The notes below the pieces were generated by a model. The model was given only the letters and a program-made list of their open reading frames with translations. It ran no database searches and was not told the origin of the DNA. Position numbers and translations under genes: made by a program. A stretch of 64,000 bases of DNA, from positions 24,790 through 88,789 of the forward strand of contig CANREL010000005.1 of the NCBI GenBank assembly GCA_947629655.1, given 5' to 3'. Positions within the stretch are counted from its first letter, which is position 1. Every line of letters begins with the position of its first letter. Source of the stretch: an uncultured Bacilli bacterium (lineage in GTDB: Bacteria; Bacillota_I; Bacilli_A; RF39; UBA660). Shown here piece after piece: positions 1-8,777 of this stretch.

Positions 1-357
1 ACCAGGTAAGGTCCTTTTCGCAACCATTGGATCTTCAATTTTACTAACAGTTCTTATCGTTCGATCAAAAGGATAATGAATTTCATCTTCGGCTTCTTGA
101 GCACGACTAAAATTCATATTGATACCTTCTTCAAGAATGTGATTATTAATTTCTTCAATCATGTAATTATCAAAATCTTTTACTTTTCTTATTCCCAAAT
201 TATTAAATATTTGACTTTCACAATCTTTTAAAACAGGGCTATCAGATGGTATTCGTTTGGACAATTGTAAAAATTCATCGACTTGTAATACTAATTGTGA
301 GGGATTAGTAACTTCAATGAATGGCGCCCTATTATTACGATTTTTATTCATCATACC
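1..357 (-). CDS. hypothetical protein, partial (runs off the window edge; start at 357)
   Basis: Manual minus-strand translation from the ATG at 357 to position 1 gives ~119 aa (MMNKNRNNRAPFIEVTNPSQLVLQVDEF...) with no stop. An AGAGGTGG RBS sits just upstream. No family recognised. Confidence 0.4.
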
Positions 358-472
358 ACCTCTATTCTGTTTAGATTATATCACAAAAAATAAATTTAGT
401 ATATTTTTGATGTAGATATTTATAGATTTATGTCGAAGAAAAGTTCAATTGTTCATAATTATGGGAATTTAT

Positions 473-661
473 TGACTTTTTTTAGTTTGTTATGTATAAT
501 TAAAAACGCATATTCAATGAACAGCGCTTTTTAATTGTTTGTAATGTGTCTATTAAGTTTATTAGTAACGAAAGCTGTTCTAGTGAAAATATTAAAATAG
601 ACTCCCTATGAACGATGGAAAGAAGTCTTTGTTTATGTAAATAAATAAAGGAGGAAAAAAG
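473..661 (+). promoter_or_regulatory. rpsD promoter (TTGACT-16nt-TATAAT, 473-500) plus ~160 nt leader (likely the S4 autoregulatory leader)
   Basis: A near-consensus sigma-A -35/-10 is seen directly: TTGACT at 473-478 and TATAAT at 495-500. A long untranslated leader before rpsD is typical of the S4-autoregulated rpsD mRNA in Firmicutes. Confidence 0.5.
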
Positions 662-1264
662 ATGGCAAGATATACTGGACCAGCTTATAAACAAGCTCGC
701 CGCGTTGGATTTTCTGTATTAGAAAATGGAAAAGATATCGCAAGACGTCCTTATGGACCAGGTCAACATGGTGCTGAAAGAAAAGGAAAATCTTCAGATT
801 ATGGTACTCAGTTAAAAGAAAAACAAAAAGTTAGATTCATGTATGGATTAACTGAAAAACAATTCAGAAAGACATTTAATGAAGCTGCTAAAATGGAAGG
901 TATTCATGGTGAAAACTTCTTGAGATTACTAGAATCTAGATTAGATAACTTAGTATATCGCATGGGAATGGCTTCAACTCGTCGTGCTGCTAGACAATTA
1001 GTAAACCATGGTCATATCTTAGTTGATGGAAAGAAAGTTGATATTCCTTCATACCGAGTAAAACCAGGTCAAACTATTTCTTTAAAAGAAAAAGAAAAAG
1101 AAATGGTAGTTGTTAAAGAAGCTCTTGAAAAAGTTGTTAACAGAGTTGAATTCATCACATTCGATGCTAACAAATTATCTGGTACTTATGTAAGATATCC
1201 TGAGAGAAGCGAACTTAATGCTGACATCAATGAATCACTTATCGTTGAATTCTACAACAGATAA
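662..1264 (+). CDS. rpsD: 30S ribosomal protein S4
   Basis: 200 aa with canonical S4 motifs (MARYTGP..., [11 protein letters not shown]4 RNA-binding domain). Strong RBS AAAGGAGGA precedes the ATG. Confidence 0.95.
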   Translation: MARYTGPAYKQARRVGFSVLENGKDIARRPYGPGQHGAERKGKSSDYGTQLKEKQKVRFMYGLTEKQFRKTFNEAAKMEGIHGENFLRLLESRLDNLVYRMGMASTRRAARQLVNHGHILVDGKKVDIPSYRVKPGQTISLKEKEKEMVVVKEALEKVVNRVEFITFDANKLSGTYVRYPERSELNADINESLIVEFYNR

Positions 1265-1265
1265 A

Positions 1266-1296
1266 AAAAGAAAAGCCGAAAGGCTTTTTTCTTTTT
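1266..1296. terminator. bidirectional rho-independent terminator between convergent rpsD and tyrS
   Basis: Hairpin AAAAGCC-GAAA-GGCTTTT (1271-1288) flanked by an A-run and a T-run. Confidence 0.7.
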
Positions 1297-1298
1297 GT

Positions 1299-2525
1299 CT
1301 AAATATATCTAACTAAATAATATTGTTTTTTACCACGGCGAATGACGATGTATTCATCACCAAGAGCAATATCTTTAGTGATGTTGTATTCCAAGTCATT
1401 AATTTTATCACCATTAATGCTGATGCTATTGTTTTGAACAAATTCACGAGCTTCACGTTTACTTGAACAAATTCCAGCTTCAACTAAAAGATCAATGATA
1501 TTTTTATCTTCATGAATATCATAATTAGGAACATCTTTGAAAGCATTCTCTATTTCTGATACTTTTAAATCTTTTATGTTACCACTGAATAAAGCATTAG
1601 TAATTCTTACAGCTTCTTCATAAGCTTCATGTCCATGTAAGAAAGTAATGACTTCTTCAGCTAGTTTCTTATGAGCTTCACGCAAATGTGGATTTTCTTT
1701 GTTCTTTCTTTCCAATTCTTCTATTTCTTCTTTAGATAGGAATGTTAGAAATTTTAAATAATCGATGACTTTTTCATCTTCGACATTGACAAAGAATTGG
1801 TACATTTCATATGGTGAAGTCTTATTGCGATCTAACCAAATAGCTTGACCATTACTCTTACCAAACTTAGTTCCATCTTTTTTTGTCAAAAGAGGCATAG
1901 TAAATCCATAAGCTTCTTTTCCCTGTTTCTTTCTTATCAAATCAATACCAGCTGTTATGTTTCCCCATTGATCTTGACCAGCTACTTGCATCACACAATT
2001 TTTATGTTCATATAACCAATCGAAATCTAAAGCTTGCATAATCATGTATGAAAATTCAGTATAAGTTATACCAGTATCTAGTCTTCTAGCGACAATGTCT
2101 TTGTCCAACATGTAATTGACGTTAAAGAACTTTCCATAATCTCTTAAAAAGTCGATGAAGTTAACATCTTTTGACCAGTCGTAGTTATTGACTACTTCAA
2201 AACCAAAGATTTCTTCAGCTTGTTTTTTTAAGCATTTAAAGTTGTGTTCTACTTCTTCTTTAGTGATCATAGCACGTTCTGCATCTGGTTTTGGGTCACC
2301 AATTAAACCAGTAGCACCTCCTACTAAAAGGATGGGATTATGCCCAGCATCTTTTAATCTTTTAGATATCAAAAATGATGAGAAATGTCCAATGTGCATA
2401 CTGTCACCAGTTGGGTCAGTTCCAATGTAAAAAGTCATTCCACCATTGTTCAATTTTTCTTCCAAATCAGGGCTGCTGACATCTTTAATCAAGCCGCGCC
2501 ATTTCAATTCATCATATATTTTCAT
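1299..2525 (-). CDS. tyrS: tyrosyl-tRNA synthetase
   Basis: Class I HIGH motif (SMHIGHF) and KMSKS-like motif (KFGKS), plus a C-terminal S4-like domain. Start placed at MKIYDEL (ATG at 2525) because a GAGGA RBS lies 8 nt upstream. The ORF-track start at 2540 would overlap the end of deoC. Confidence 0.92.
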   Translation of the reverse strand: MKIYDELKWRGLIKDVSSPDLEEKLNNGGMTFYIGTDPTGDSMHIGHFSSFLISKRLKDAGHNPILLVGGATGLIGDPKPDAERAMITKEEVEHNFKCLKKQAEEIFGFEVVNNYDWSKDVNFIDFLRDYGKFFNVNYMLDKDIVARRLDTGITYTEFSYMIMQALDFDWLYEHKNCVMQVAGQDQWGNITAGIDLIRKKQGKEAYGFTMPLLTKKDGTKFGKSNGQAIWLDRNKTSPYEMYQFFVNVEDEKVIDYLKFLTFLSKEEIEELERKNKENPHLREAHKKLAEEVITFLHGHEAYEEAVRITNALFSGNIKDLKVSEIENAFKDVPNYDIHEDKNIIDLLVEAGICSSKREAREFVQNNSISINGDKINDLEYNITKDIALGDEYIVIRRGKKQYYLVRYI

Positions 2526-2529
2526 TTGT

Positions 2530-3180
2530 TTATTCCTCACTTTCTTCCATTATCTTCACACCACTGCTAGTGCCAATTCTCGTGGCTCCACTTGCAATCA
2601 TCTTTTTCATTGTCTCTAAATCTCTTATGCCACCACTAGCTTTGATCTGTAATTTGTCGTTACGATTTTCAGCCATTATTTTCACATCTTCAATGCGTGC
2701 ACCATAATCGCTGAACCCCGTCGACGTTTTGATATAATCAACACCTGTCTCATTGCAAAGACTAGTCATTAGTTTGATTTCAGCTGGAGTTAACAAACAA
2801 GTTTCAACTATTACTTTCAAAATTTTATCAACAGTTGCGTTGCGCATTGCGATAAGTTCATTTTTAACATAGTCGTAGTCCTTGTTTTTAAGTGCTGCAA
2901 TATTTATGACCATATCTATTTCATCAGCACCATTTTTTATAGCATCAAGTGTTTCATACACCTTTGTATCAACAGTATTCATTCCTTGTGGAAAACCGAT
3001 AACCGTACAAACTTTGACATTGCTTTCAGATAACAACTCCTTAGCTAATTTGACATAGTATGGATGAACACAAACCGAAGCAAAATTATATTTAGTGGCT
3101 TCTTGGCACAATTTTTTTATATCATCACTAACAGATGTATTTTTTAAGTTAGTGTGATCGATGTATTCATTTAATTTCAT
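2530..3180 (-). CDS. deoC: deoxyribose-phosphate aldolase
   Basis: 216 aa with DeoC family signatures (catalytic-Lys region ...IKTSTGF..., IKASGGIR). AGGAGG RBS. Confidence 0.9.
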   Translation of the reverse strand: MKLNEYIDHTNLKNTSVSDDIKKLCQEATKYNFASVCVHPYYVKLAKELLSESNVKVCTVIGFPQGMNTVDTKVYETLDAIKNGADEIDMVINIAALKNKDYDYVKNELIAMRNATVDKILKVIVETCLLTPAEIKLMTSLCNETGVDYIKTSTGFSDYGARIEDVKIMAENRNDKLQIKASGGIRDLETMKKMIASGATRIGTSSGVKIMEESEE

Positions 3181-3190
3181 AACGTTCCTC

Positions 3191-3823
3191 CTATAAAATT
3201 TTTTTCAATTCGATAAGACTATTAATACGTCTATAACTATCATCATAAATATTTTTATAATCGTATAAAATGACGGGCATTTGGACATTAGTCGCTCCCA
3301 CATAATCAGTTTCAACTGAATCCCCTATCATCAGGCATTCACTGACATCACAGTCTTTAGTAAAATATAAAAAACTCTCTTTTTGAGGTTTAGTAGGCAC
3401 CTTATCACCACCGACAACCTCTTTAAAATATTTTAAAACGCCAGCTTTTGCTAGTCTTTTCTCAGCAACAAAACCAAACCAATTGGTAAGGACATATAAC
3501 TCATACTTATTAGCCAAATACTCGATGATAGCAATAGCATCTTCATCCATTTCATACCAGTACTCACCGATGTAATAATTTAATCGCTCCAATAGTTTGA
3601 CATCATAATTAGTACCCAAATCAGCATTGACAAACGTCATCAATCCATCATAATCATATTGATTACATATCTTTTCATAGTCGCCAATGGACTTATACAG
3701 TTTTTTAGCCTCATCCATGTTTGCGTCATATCCAAATTCTTCTAAAGCTTTGACGTAATATTTTAAATATTTTTCTTTATGCATGATGAGAGTATTATCA
3801 AGATCAAATATTATTTTTCGCAC
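3191..3823 (-). CDS. HAD-superfamily hydrolase (YjjG-like nucleotidase family)
   Basis: HAD motif I (IIFDLDNTL) at the N-terminus and GDSxxD motif IV (MIGDSVETD). Start assigned to the GTG at 3823 (AGGTGA RBS), because the ORF-track start at 3880 would run through the T-box terminator. Confidence 0.75.
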   Translation of the reverse strand: MRKIIFDLDNTLIMHKEKYLKYYVKALEEFGYDANMDEAKKLYKSIGDYEKICNQYDYDGLMTFVNADLGTNYDVKLLERLNYYIGEYWYEMDEDAIAIIEYLANKYELYVLTNWFGFVAEKRLAKAGVLKYFKEVVGGDKVPTKPQKESFLYFTKDCDVSECLMIGDSVETDYVGATNVQMPVILYDYKNIYDDSYRRINSLIELKKIL

Positions 3824-3837
3824 AACATCACCTACAA

Positions 3838-4071
3838 CAAAAAAAGTATTATTGATAGGGACGAATATTCGCGGTACCACCCTATTTCATAATACTTTAT
3901 GCTCTCAAAACTATAACGCGTCACCGTTTTAATTCAGAATATGTAACTTCATCAATACAATCGATTCATTTGCACCAACCATGAATTCTCTCATTACCAA
4001 ATATTGACTACTACTATCCATCACCATTAAATGATGTACTCTATATTATTATAAATATTTATTTTTGTAAA
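3838..4071 (-). promoter_or_regulatory. T-box riboswitch leader, including its promoter (TTTACA-17-TAATAT, TSS ~4035), upstream of HAD-deoC-tyrS
   Basis: The minus strand carries the conserved T-box sequence AGGGTGGTACCGCG (complement of 3865-3878), followed by a terminator hairpin ATAGGG...CCCTAT and a T-run. The 5' part has AGAGA...GGTGCAAA stem-I-like elements. tyrS is a classic T-box-regulated gene. Confidence 0.75.
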
Positions 4072-4476
4072 CTATTTTTTTAGTTTCTTTTCAATTTCTT
4101 TCACAACAGCTAAAGTTTTTTCTCTAACTTCTTCAGTAGCTTTTTCTAAAACTGGAGTACCCTTTTCTTTAGCTAATTCAACTAGTTCTTCAGCTTTAAC
4201 TTTCATCTCTAAAGCTTTCTCTTTAGCGATATCTAAAACTTTTTCTTTGTCTAAGTCTTTTAGACCGGCTTTGATTTCTTCAATCTTTGCTTCTATTTCT
4301 TCTTTTACTTCATTAGCATCGATACCTTTTACTTTTTCTACTAATTCATCTAGTTTTTCTTTTAATTCACGTCTTGTCTCACTACCTTTTTTAGGTGCAA
4401 ATAAAACTCCTAGAGCTCCACCAACAGCTGCTCCTAAAACAAATTTTCCCCAACCAGCTTTTTCTTTCTTACTCAT
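4072..4476 (-). CDS. YtxH-like (DUF948-associated) general stress protein
   Basis: N-terminal GxxxG-rich amphipathic segment (GAAVGGALGVLFAPKKGSETR) followed by K/E-rich coiled-coil, typical of the YtxH family. The start ATG (MSKKEK) overlaps the stop of the upstream DUF948 gene as ATGAGTAA. Confidence 0.6.
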   Translation of the reverse strand: MSKKEKAGWGKFVLGAAVGGALGVLFAPKKGSETRRELKEKLDELVEKVKGIDANEVKEEIEAKIEEIKAGLKDLDKEKVLDIAKEKALEMKVKAEELVELAKEKGTPVLEKATEEVREKTLAVVKEIEKKLKK

Positions 4477-4765
4477 TTTCATCATCCTCATCTTTCTTTT
4501 TCTTTTTATAATTTATAACTTTGCCAATCAAAGTTGATATACCTTCGACAACTTTGTCACTGATCAATGAAACAGTATCAGTAACGCTATCAATGGTATC
4601 AAAAATACCATTCAACGATTTAGACTTTCTCTCCAAATCATCTAAAACAGCATTTGTCTTATTAACTGTTTCAATCAATTTTATTCCTAAAACAATTAAT
4701 ACTACTATTAATATAGCCACTAGAATATAAATTATAAGTGGTAATACTTCATATAATGTCTCCAT
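4469..4765 (-). CDS. DUF948 (YtxG-like) membrane protein
   Basis: 98 aa with an N-terminal TM helix and a coiled-coil plus acidic tail. The ytxG-ytxH gene order matches Bacillus. Confidence 0.6.
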   Translation of the reverse strand: METLYEVLPLIIYILVAILIVVLIVLGIKLIETVNKTNAVLDDLERKSKSLNGIFDTIDSVTDTVSLISDKVVEGISTLIGKVINYKKKKKDEDDENE

Positions 4766-4771
4766 ATTATT

Positions 4772-5746
4772 TTACTCCTTTTCATCATACATTGATTCAA
4801 TTAAATCAAACAAATTACTTTCTAAACCATCTTCTTCCTCAGCTTGTTTTTTTTGTTTTTCGCGAGGTGTTTCAACAGTAGGTTCAGGTGTTGATCTACG
4901 CGTTTTTTCTTTAGGAGTTTTACTCTTTTCAACACTTGTATCTTTATAATCTATATTGTATTCTAACCCAAGTTCATTAAAATATTCTTCAGCATCACCA
5001 ACAGTCACTTCTTTAACAGCAGGAGAAGACTCATTGTCATTTAAATCGTATAGCAATTCATCATCTTCAGTTAAATCAACACTGTCATCATCTTCATAAC
5101 CCTTAGTTACTTCTTCCATTGATTGGGATATGTCAGTAGATAAGTCACCATAGGCTTTTTCACGAACTGAATCCAAATCAATCTTTTTAGGAGCACTACT
5201 CAATCTAATTTCTTTTTTGGTTACGACATCGTCTTTTTTATAGTTCTTGTCCAAAATACCATATATTGGTGATATTATCGGTGTTGGTGTGAAGACTTTT
5301 TTAGGATTTTTACCCTCATACAATCCATGAGACTCTTTTTCTTTATCCTTTTCTTTACCATATTCATCTTCAAAATCATACTTTGGATAATCTCTAGTCT
5401 CAGTCTTTACTTCTTCATAGACTTCAACCTGTTCAACTGGTTCTTCATCATTAGGACGATGACGTTCACTGCGACGTGGAGCATAATTTTCTTTTGTCAC
5501 CACTGGTTCTTCTTTGAAATCATCTTCATCGAAATCCATTGGAAACTTATTTTCCTTAGGTGTTTCTTCTTCTAAATCAATTATGTCTACATCTTCTTCA
5601 TGTTCAATTTTTTCTACTCGTTCAGCTTTAGGTAGTTCAATTTTTTTAGCTACTGGTGCTTCCTTTTTAGCACTTTCTTTACTGTCTTCAATCTCTACAA
5701 TTTCTTCTTCAAAGAAAATATTTTTTACTTTGTTTAAAAATCCCAT
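4772..5746 (-). CDS. hypothetical acidic, E/D/K-rich (likely disordered) protein
   Basis: 324 aa, strongly acidic and low-complexity. The ORF is long and clean with coding-like codon usage. No family recognised. Confidence 0.5.
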   Translation of the reverse strand: MGFLNKVKNIFFEEEIVEIEDSKESAKKEAPVAKKIELPKAERVEKIEHEEDVDIIDLEEETPKENKFPMDFDEDDFKEEPVVTKENYAPRRSERHRPNDEEPVEQVEVYEEVKTETRDYPKYDFEDEYGKEKDKEKESHGLYEGKNPKKVFTPTPIISPIYGILDKNYKKDDVVTKKEIRLSSAPKKIDLDSVREKAYGDLSTDISQSMEEVTKGYEDDDSVDLTEDDELLYDLNDNESSPAVKEVTVGDAEEYFNELGLEYNIDYKDTSVEKSKTPKEKTRRSTPEPTVETPREKQKKQAEEEDGLESNLFDLIESMYDEKE

Positions 5747-5760
5747 AAGTTCACCTCTTA

Positions 5761-6435
5761 TCAGTTATTTAAATCATTATCTTCTTCTAGTTCAATACTG
5801 TCATCATCAAGGATTATCTCATCATCATCACTGTTATAACCATCAGAATCATCTATCGTATTTAGATAATTGCTACTAGAACCTTCTGATTTAAATAAAT
5901 TGAATTGTTCCTCCTGATATTCTATTTTATTCTCACCAATCAAACTATCGATTATTGCGTCATTAAACTTTAGTGTATTTAAAATGTAGCATGACTGAAT
6001 GATTGTTCCAGCTAAATCTTCTTCTTTTACATAAGTTTCGATATGTCCATAATTATATCGCATATCGACATAGTAAACATCGTCTTCTCTTTCAATACTT
6101 ATATAGCCCTTTTTACCATTGTGCTCTAGTACTTTTGAAAAATATATATCATCTTTTGTTTCATAATTTTCTTCTTTTTTATGATAGTAAGAAATTATGT
6201 CAACATATAGATAAATCTTATTTCCTTTGTACTGCAATGTCGTGTTGTAGTCATATTTATTTATCAACGATACTTCGCGTGGCAAATAATATTGATATCC
6301 AGCGAAGTATTGATTAGCTAAATTCTCATTACTTGTTAGAACTTCATCTATTACTTTTTCTAGATTGTCGCTTTTGAGTACTGTACATCCAGCGACTAGA
6401 AAAACTAAAGCAAGTAAAACAAATATTTTTTTCAT
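5761..6435 (-). CDS. putative lipoprotein with acidic C-terminal tail
   Basis: Lipobox in the signal peptide (MKKIFVLLALVFLVAG|C). The C-terminus is D/E-rich. Confidence 0.6.
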   Translation of the reverse strand: MKKIFVLLALVFLVAGCTVLKSDNLEKVIDEVLTSNENLANQYFAGYQYYLPREVSLINKYDYNTTLQYKGNKIYLYVDIISYYHKKEENYETKDDIYFSKVLEHNGKKGYISIEREDDVYYVDMRYNYGHIETYVKEEDLAGTIIQSCYILNTLKFNDAIIDSLIGENKIEYQEEQFNLFKSEGSSSNYLNTIDDSDGYNSDDDEIILDDDSIELEEDNDLNN

Positions 6436-6483
6436 ATTCCACCTACTCTAATCAAATTATAACACATTTTTTCATCAATACCA

Positions 6484-7107
6484 CTATTTTAACATTTTTT
6501 TATGCGATTGAATACCTTTTTTTGCGACAAGATAATAGATATTATCACCCTGTGCGACAAATTTTTTCTCATATTCCGTCATGATGATATCACCACGATC
6601 AGAATTGTGTAAATCTAAAGATATATCTTCAATGACATAGCCATAAGTAGAGAGACTAACGACGGAGTATTCAAATAAATCGCGATTGTCGGTCTTTTGA
6701 TAAATCACGGCATCACTTTTAAAAATATGGTCATATTTTCTTAAAAATATATGACTTGTCAAGCGACGATCATGATGTCTTTTCTTTGGCCATGGATCTG
6801 AAAAATTTAAATAGATGCAATCTATTTCGTTTGCGAATACCTCATCTATTTCTTTGGCATCCATCCTAATCAACTTTAAATTGTTCAAATCTTTTGGTAC
6901 TTTTTCAATGGCTCGAACGATGACACTGTCAAATTTTTCGATACCGATAAAATTTATATTTGGATATCTCTTAGCATTTTCAATGAGGAAATCACCTTTT
7001 CCCATTCCTATTTCGACATGGATGGGATTACTGTTTCCAAATACTTCATGCCAAGAAGTGATATTATCTTTAGGATTAAGAATGAGATTTGTTGCGCTAT
7101 CCATTAT
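6484..7107 (-). CDS. trmB: tRNA (guanine46-N7)-methyltransferase
   Basis: SAM-binding motif (VEIGMGKGDF) and conserved TrmB blocks (NFIGIE, YLNFSDPWPKKRHHDRRL). Start placed at MDSATNL (ATG at 7107). The longer ORF-track start would overlap the divergent promoter of the next gene. Confidence 0.85.
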   Translation of the reverse strand: MMDSATNLILNPKDNITSWHEVFGNSNPIHVEIGMGKGDFLIENAKRYPNINFIGIEKFDSVIVRAIEKVPKDLNNLKLIRMDAKEIDEVFANEIDCIYLNFSDPWPKKRHHDRRLTSHIFLRKYDHIFKSDAVIYQKTDNRDLFEYSVVSLSTYGYVIEDISLDLHNSDRGDIIMTEYEKKFVAQGDNIYYLVAKKGIQSHKKMLK

Positions 7108-7209
7108 TTCCTGTTTATTTTTTACATTTCTAAGTCTCACAAAAATCACCAGTTTTATTATAACATTATTGCTAGAGCTTGCATATAATAAAAACGAAAA
7201 GAGGAATGC

Positions 7210-7444
7210 TATGAACAATAATCAAATGCCATATGGTTATGGTCCAGGTCCATTCAATAACAATAATAACAATTGTCATTGTGGACAAGAATTAAATGAA
7301 TTACAAAGAAAAATCAATCATTTAGAAAATAGAATTAATCGCCTAGAAAACATGATATATCCCAATAATTATAACAACTATGGAAATCCGACTTTTCTAA
7401 ATAGTGAAAATCGTAATTACACAACTGGTAATTACATGTTGTAA
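7210..7444 (+). CDS. small Asn-rich coiled-coil protein (78 aa), hypothetical
   Basis: ATG at 7210 with a good RBS (AAAGAGGAA). The intrinsic terminator immediately downstream supports a real transcription unit. Sequence is MNNNQMPYGYGPGPFNNNNNNCHCGQELNELQRKINHLENRINRLEN... The upstream part of the long ORF 6815..7444 is antisense to trmB and is not supported. Confidence 0.45.
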
Positions 7445-7467
7445 AGCTTGAAAAACAAGCTTTTTTT
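7444..7467 (+). terminator. rho-independent terminator
   Basis: Hairpin AAGCTTG-AAAAA-CAAGCTT followed by TTTTTTT. Confidence 0.7.
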
Positions 7468-7535
7468 AGTTGTTCTTCATTTGACTTTACCATAGTATTT
7501 AAGTATACTTTTATATAGGTAAGGTGAATAAATTT

Positions 7536-8777
7536 ATGGAATTTATAACGGATATAGAAAAAGAAGAATACAGCAAGTTTGTTATGAATCATGAGATGTC
7601 CCATTTCTTAAAATCTTATGAATGGGGACAAGCCGCTATTCACAGAGGACAAATCCCTCATTACGTCGGAGTTAAAAATAAAAATAAATTAGTTGCGACG
7701 GCTCTATTGCTTGAAAAAAAACTCCCACTAGGATACAGTTACTTCTACATTCCAAGAGGTTATACAGTCAATTATAACAATCATGAACTAGTGGAATTTT
7801 TAACTAAAAATATCGCTGAATACACCAAGAAAAGAAAATCTCTTTTTTTTAAGATAGATCCTGATATCTTTCTTCACAAAATTGATAAAGATGCTAAAGT
7901 GATTGAAGGTGCTGAAAACAATTATGAATTAGTGGAATATTTAAAAAAGATTGGTTTTAAACATCAAAAACTAAATTTATTCTTTGAAGGAGAACAACCA
8001 AGATTTACTTTTAGAGTCGATTTGGATAAAAGTATGGATGAAATACGTTCGGGGTATAGTAAAAGTGTGCGACGTTTCATCAAACAAGCTGATAAATATG
8101 GTGTTGAAGTACGAGTTGGTAAGAAGAAAGATTTAAAAGATTTCGTTCGTCTCATGAAAATGACGGAAAAAAGACAAGGATTTTTTTCTCACAACTATGA
8201 CTTCTATGAAAAACTATATGATTTATTTGAACCGATAAAAGCTATTTCGGTAATGATTGGTTCAATTGATGTCGAAAAGGCTTGCAAAGTTATTCAAGAA
8301 GAGATTGAAACAACTGCCGATGAAGAAAAAAAAGAAAAATTGAAAACGCGTAAAAGTTTGTATGAAGAACTAGCTAAAACAGATAAGAAACCGGTCATAA
8401 GCAGTTATGTAACTATCAATTATGGCAATAAAGGTTGGTATTTATATGGAGCTAATGACATGGATTTCAAAGATACCCTTGCCAATTATAAATTATTCGA
8501 TTATCAAATTGAACACCTTCACGATTTAGGAGTTAAAATTTTTGATGAATTTGGAACTGTTGGTGATCCACATACTAAGAAATCAGTAGCTGGTCTTCAT
8601 GAATTTAAAAAGAAATTTGGTGGTGAGTATACAGAGTTCATCGGAGAATTCAATTACGTGACCAAACCTTTCATGAACTTTGTATTTGAAAAATTGATAC
8701 CACTATATCGCAAACCACGTCGTTTTATCAGTCATTTAAAAGTTAAATTACAGGGAGGAAATAATGAAAATAGTTAA
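7536..8777 (+). CDS. FemABX-family peptidoglycan interpeptide-bridge aminoacyltransferase (paralog 1)
   Basis: ~413 aa. FemAB-family architecture and motifs (FLQSYEWG-like SYEWGQ, YxPRG, central coiled-coil insertion, C-terminal GxxxFKKxFGG). RBS TAAGGTGA sits 8 nt before the ATG at 7536. Confidence 0.85.
   Translation: MEFITDIEKEEYSKFVMNHEMSHFLKSYEWGQAAIHRGQIPHYVGVKNKNKLVATALLLEKKLPLGYSYFYIPRGYTVNYNNHELVEFLTKNIAEYTKKRKSLFFKIDPDIFLHKIDKDAKVIEGAENNYELVEYLKKIGFKHQKLNLFFEGEQPRFTFRVDLDKSMDEIRSGYSKSVRRFIKQADKYGVEVRVGKKKDLKDFVRLMKMTEKRQGFFSHNYDFYEKLYDLFEPIKAISVMIGSIDVEKACKVIQEEIETTADEEKKEKLKTRKSLYEELAKTDKKPVISSYVTINYGNKGWYLYGANDMDFKDTLANYKLFDYQIEHLHDLGVKIFDEFGTVGDPHTKKSVAGLHEFKKKFGGEYTEFIGEFNYVTKPFMNFVFEKLIPLYRKPRRFISHLKVKLQGGNNENS

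Noticed and set aside
500-694. Minus-strand ORF 500..694 overlapping the rpsD promoter/leader and start
   Set aside because: It overlaps a strong promoter and the rpsD RBS/start. It has no RBS and an odd sequence. Likely spurious.
2188-2570. Plus-strand ORFs 2188..2430 and 2385..2570 (and many similar antisense ORFs, e.g. 4247..4537, 5327..5879, 6003..6317, 9489..9725, 20031..20369, 26278..26754, 58845..59243, 60935..61360)
   Set aside because: They lie entirely antisense inside well-supported conserved genes, and have low-complexity or odd composition and no RBS. They are shadow ORFs.
6815-7209. 5' part of long ORF 6815..7444 (+)
   Set aside because: It is antisense to trmB and has no start-site signals. 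Only the segment from the ATG at 7210, which has an RBS, a promoter-like sequence and a terminator, is plausible.
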